DNA of 64,000 nucleotides from Albugo candida (Eukaryota): NCBI GenBank assembly GCA_040437565.1, contig JBDOQK010000033.1, positions 186,001 to 250,000 of the forward strand, read 5' to 3'. Shown piece by piece: positions 61,346 to 64,000 of this stretch (position 1 is its first letter; each line of letters starts with the position of its first letter). The notes under the pieces were generated by a model. It saw only the letters and a program-made list of their open reading frames with translations, ran no database searches and was not told where the DNA came from. The position numbers and the translations under genes were made by a program.

Positions 61346-63220
61346 TCAGACTTTATACGGAATCAGCGATTTGTCATTGGAATTGGAGGTATGCTCTCCA
61401 GTCGACGTTTTCACTTCCGACTTTGTATTCATTGTGTCGTGAATCGGATCGAGTTGTGTCTCATTCGCATTGGATTTCTTCACATTCTCATTGGTAGTGG
61501 ATCCATTCATTTGAGCTGCTAAAAGACTTTCCATCGGTGGCGAAACGGGTCCATTCGTCCAATTTGGTGGCAGAGAATTCGCTTCCAACGACTCGGAATT
61601 GAGATTTGACGGATTTAAAGTATTGGAATTCCGAGCATTAGGCGCATCTGATCGCGAAGATCGTTGTGATTGCACCTGATTCATCTGTATCTGCTGATGT
61701 TGGAGATATTGCTGCTGCTGGTACTGACGTTGTTGTTGTTGGTGACTTCGCGCGTTATTTGGCATCTGATAGTACAATTGCTGAGGCACTAATTGATTTC
61801 CAATAAGATGGTACCCCTGAAGAGATTGGACTTGATATGCATTGCCATTATTCATTGTTTGCTGGAAAGGCTGTTGCTTGATCTGTGTTTGATCTTGATG
61901 CGCCCTCATTTGCTGTTGTTGCAATTGAGCTTGATACTGAGCTAAAGCTTGTGCTTGAGCCTGTGCGTGGGCATGTGCCTGAGCCTGAGCATGCGCGTGC
62001 GCCTGTGCTTGGGCTTGAGCGTGAGCGTGCGCATGTGCTTGAGCTTGAGCTTGTGCCTGAGCGGATTGCTGTTGTCGCGAGGTCGCCATCGCCATCTGAT
62101 GCAATCCAAGATTCGATAATTGTTGTGGCTGAAGCGCTAACGATCCGCCGAGATATAAATTAGGGTCCGCAAAAAGAGCCGACACATTGTTATTCTGTAG
62201 CATGTAATTGGCAACTTGTTGTGCATTGTTCAATAGTGGCCGATTCGTAGCTTCATAGTTCCCATCTTGCGTCATTGCCATCGAACTGGACGTTGCGCTA
62301 CTGACTCTGGTACTGGCTGTGCTGCGTGTGGTATTCGCTCCTTTCTCCATCGATTCCATCGAATTTCTCGCGGACAGACTTCCCGATCGCCGATTCGATA
62401 TCGTCCCATAAAACATACTCGGTGACGATCCTGAGCGCTTCATTGTACGATATTTATCCTTCAGCTGGACATTTGTTCGATCATTGAATTGCGGTCCTAA
62501 ATCCTTATCGGATAGAATCAAAGACCATACATTCCTCTGCCCGTGATACCGCTTCACGCCTTCCAACAGCGCTCGCTCTTCCACAGGTGTGAATGGACGA
62601 TATTTTCGATGATTCTTCCGATTCTCCGTGTAAATCGATAATTCCGGCTTTGTTTTGATCAGTGTGCGCCATTTATCCTTTAAATCCACGCCACTACGCC
62701 CGTGAAACAATGGACCGAGGATCGGGTCGCGCAGAATAGAGCTCCACGGACAGCTGTCGTCGGCGTATCGCTGAACGCCTGTGATCAATGCTGTGACTTC
62801 GTGAGGGCAGTATTTGCGTCTTTTGCCTTTGACGCGTTCACCAATGTTCTCACAGTCCAAAGAGCCGTTCAAAACGTAGCCGCTGAACGCCTGTGAGTTT
62901 CCCGCGTCAACTGAAGCCGTTGGCGTTGGGAGTGAATTTCCCGACGATACAGACGCCAAAGAAGCGCCGGATGCTGCTGCATTCATTGCTGCTGCATTTG
63001 CGACCAAATTGACCGCTAATGAGTGTGCTGCTGCCACGTTTTGCGCTGCATTGGAGTGAAAATTAGGTGTGTAATGCAACGTCTGATGGAACTGATTCGG
63101 CGTGAACGCGTTTTGAAATTGCTGCTGCTGCTGGATCTGCTTCAACTGCTGCATCTGAAGCTGCTGGAATTGCGAAGTCTCATCGTTTCCGTGCAGATTC
63201 TTTGTCGCAGTGCGCGCCAT
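61346..63220 (-). CDS. Q-rich protein with two TRF-like telobox Myb domains
   Basis: GVQRY..WSSIL..RSGVDLKDKWRTL and GVKRY..WSLIL..RTNVQLKDKYRTM. Confidence 0.88.
   Translation of the reverse strand: MARTATKNLHGNDETSQFQQLQMQQLKQIQQQQQFQNAFTPNQFHQTLHYTPNFHSNAAQNVAAAHSLAVNLVANAAAMNAAASGASLASVSSGNSLPTPTASVDAGNSQAFSGYVLNGSLDCENIGERVKGKRRKYCPHEVTALITGVQRYADDSCPWSSILRDPILGPLFHGRSGVDLKDKWRTLIKTKPELSIYTENRKNHRKYRPFTPVEERALLEGVKRYHGQRNVWSLILSDKDLGPQFNDRTNVQLKDKYRTMKRSGSSPSMFYGTISNRRSGSLSARNSMESMEKGANTTRSTASTRVSSATSSSMAMTQDGNYEATNRPLLNNAQQVANYMLQNNNVSALFADPNLYLGGSLALQPQQLSNLGLHQMAMATSRQQQSAQAQAQAQAHAHAHAQAQAQAHAHAQAQAHAHAQAQAQALAQYQAQLQQQQMRAHQDQTQIKQQPFQQTMNNGNAYQVQSLQGYHLIGNQLVPQQLYYQMPNNARSHQQQQRQYQQQQYLQHQQIQMNQVQSQRSSRSDAPNARNSNTLNPSNLNSESLEANSLPPNWTNGPVSPPMESLLAAQMNGSTTNENVKKSNANETQLDPIHDTMNTKSEVKTSTGEHTSNSNDKSLIPYKV
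61940..62062 (-). repeat. Coding hexanucleotide repeat (AQ/AH dipeptides)
   Basis: AQAQAQAQAHAHAHAQAQAQAHAHAQAQAHAHAQAQAQA. Confidence 0.9.
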
Positions 63221-64000
63221 TTTGATGAATTATTGGAAGCGGAAATCTACACATAATGAATATTACATAAATGATCATTTCCGCGAGTAGGGATGGGAAT
63301 GACCTCGAGTGAGAAAAGGCTTCGTGATGTGAATTGCCCTTTTCCCGGAAAAATAGGCGCACTGAATGGAAGTTATCGGAAGAGGGAATAGGCTCACTGT
63401 CGAGTTGAGGTCTTGGTATCGAAATAGAAAATAGCGTCAGAACGATATAAATAGATACAGCTGGAAGGGATGAAATGGCTTCAGGTGGAATTGTTCCCTT
63501 ATCCACGCATGTAGGCATCCCTTCCCCTACATTAAAGAATCTAAATATAGCAAAGACCTACCTCGACGGATGAATTCGGTGGAATGTGGCTTGTGGTGCG
63601 ATCGGATACGCGATTATATAGGCTAATTCTTTGGGGATAGGCGGACGAATCGGATTGTTGGTACACCTGGACGCGATGCAGGTGAAGCGATAGAATTCGT
63701 TGCAATTAGCTCGCTTGTAATTGGCCAGGGTGGTTTTGATGTTTATTTTTGATTCAAAAAGAGGAAATGGGGAAATATTAGGTGTTTTTCCCTTTTCCCT
63801 CCCTACTCGTGGTATGAATTACAACCAATCATTATCATCAGTCCATAAAAAAACCATACGCAAAGAGAATGCAACATGAGGTTTTATCAACCATAAAGGA
63901 TGGGAGTATTCACGCTGTAACAAACACACAATCGCGTCCATGTCGTCCACTCATGTCCATTACAAACATACGCTCTTTTACTTCGTATGCGACTTGTATG

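Overview
Compact, intron-containing eukaryotic DNA. It is almost certainly from an oomycete and probably Albugo-like; this is inferred from a GPCR-PIPK fusion, very short introns and intergenic spacers, and CxxC-type secreted-protein relics. It is a draft scaffold with nine 100-N gaps, five of them flanked by duplicated sequence that looks artefactual. The gene-dense blocks (1-5.8 kb, 20.4-24.8 kb, 30-63 kb) carry USO1/p115, membrin, a p400/EAF1-like protein, sphingosine kinase, NSE4, cyclophilin, VPS15, NDUFB10, an amino-acid transporter, LarC, a choline transporter, VIT1, sideroflexin, GPCR-PIPK, INTS2 and a double-telobox Myb protein. Two gene-sparse islands (about 5.9-20.4 kb and 25-29.9 kb) hold decayed elements. 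The top find is a frameshifted composite element the ORF track misses: an IS630/Tc1-type transposase followed by a Fanzor1 (eukaryotic TnpB-like RNA-guided nuclease) gene at about 17.6-19.9 kb, head-to-head with a disrupted XRCC4-like gene. Also notable are a secreted pepsin-fold protein lacking both catalytic Asp, an intron-containing nickel-pincer insertase (LarC), and a p400-like protein with a dead ATPase. All family calls are by-eye motif recognition; no searches were run.
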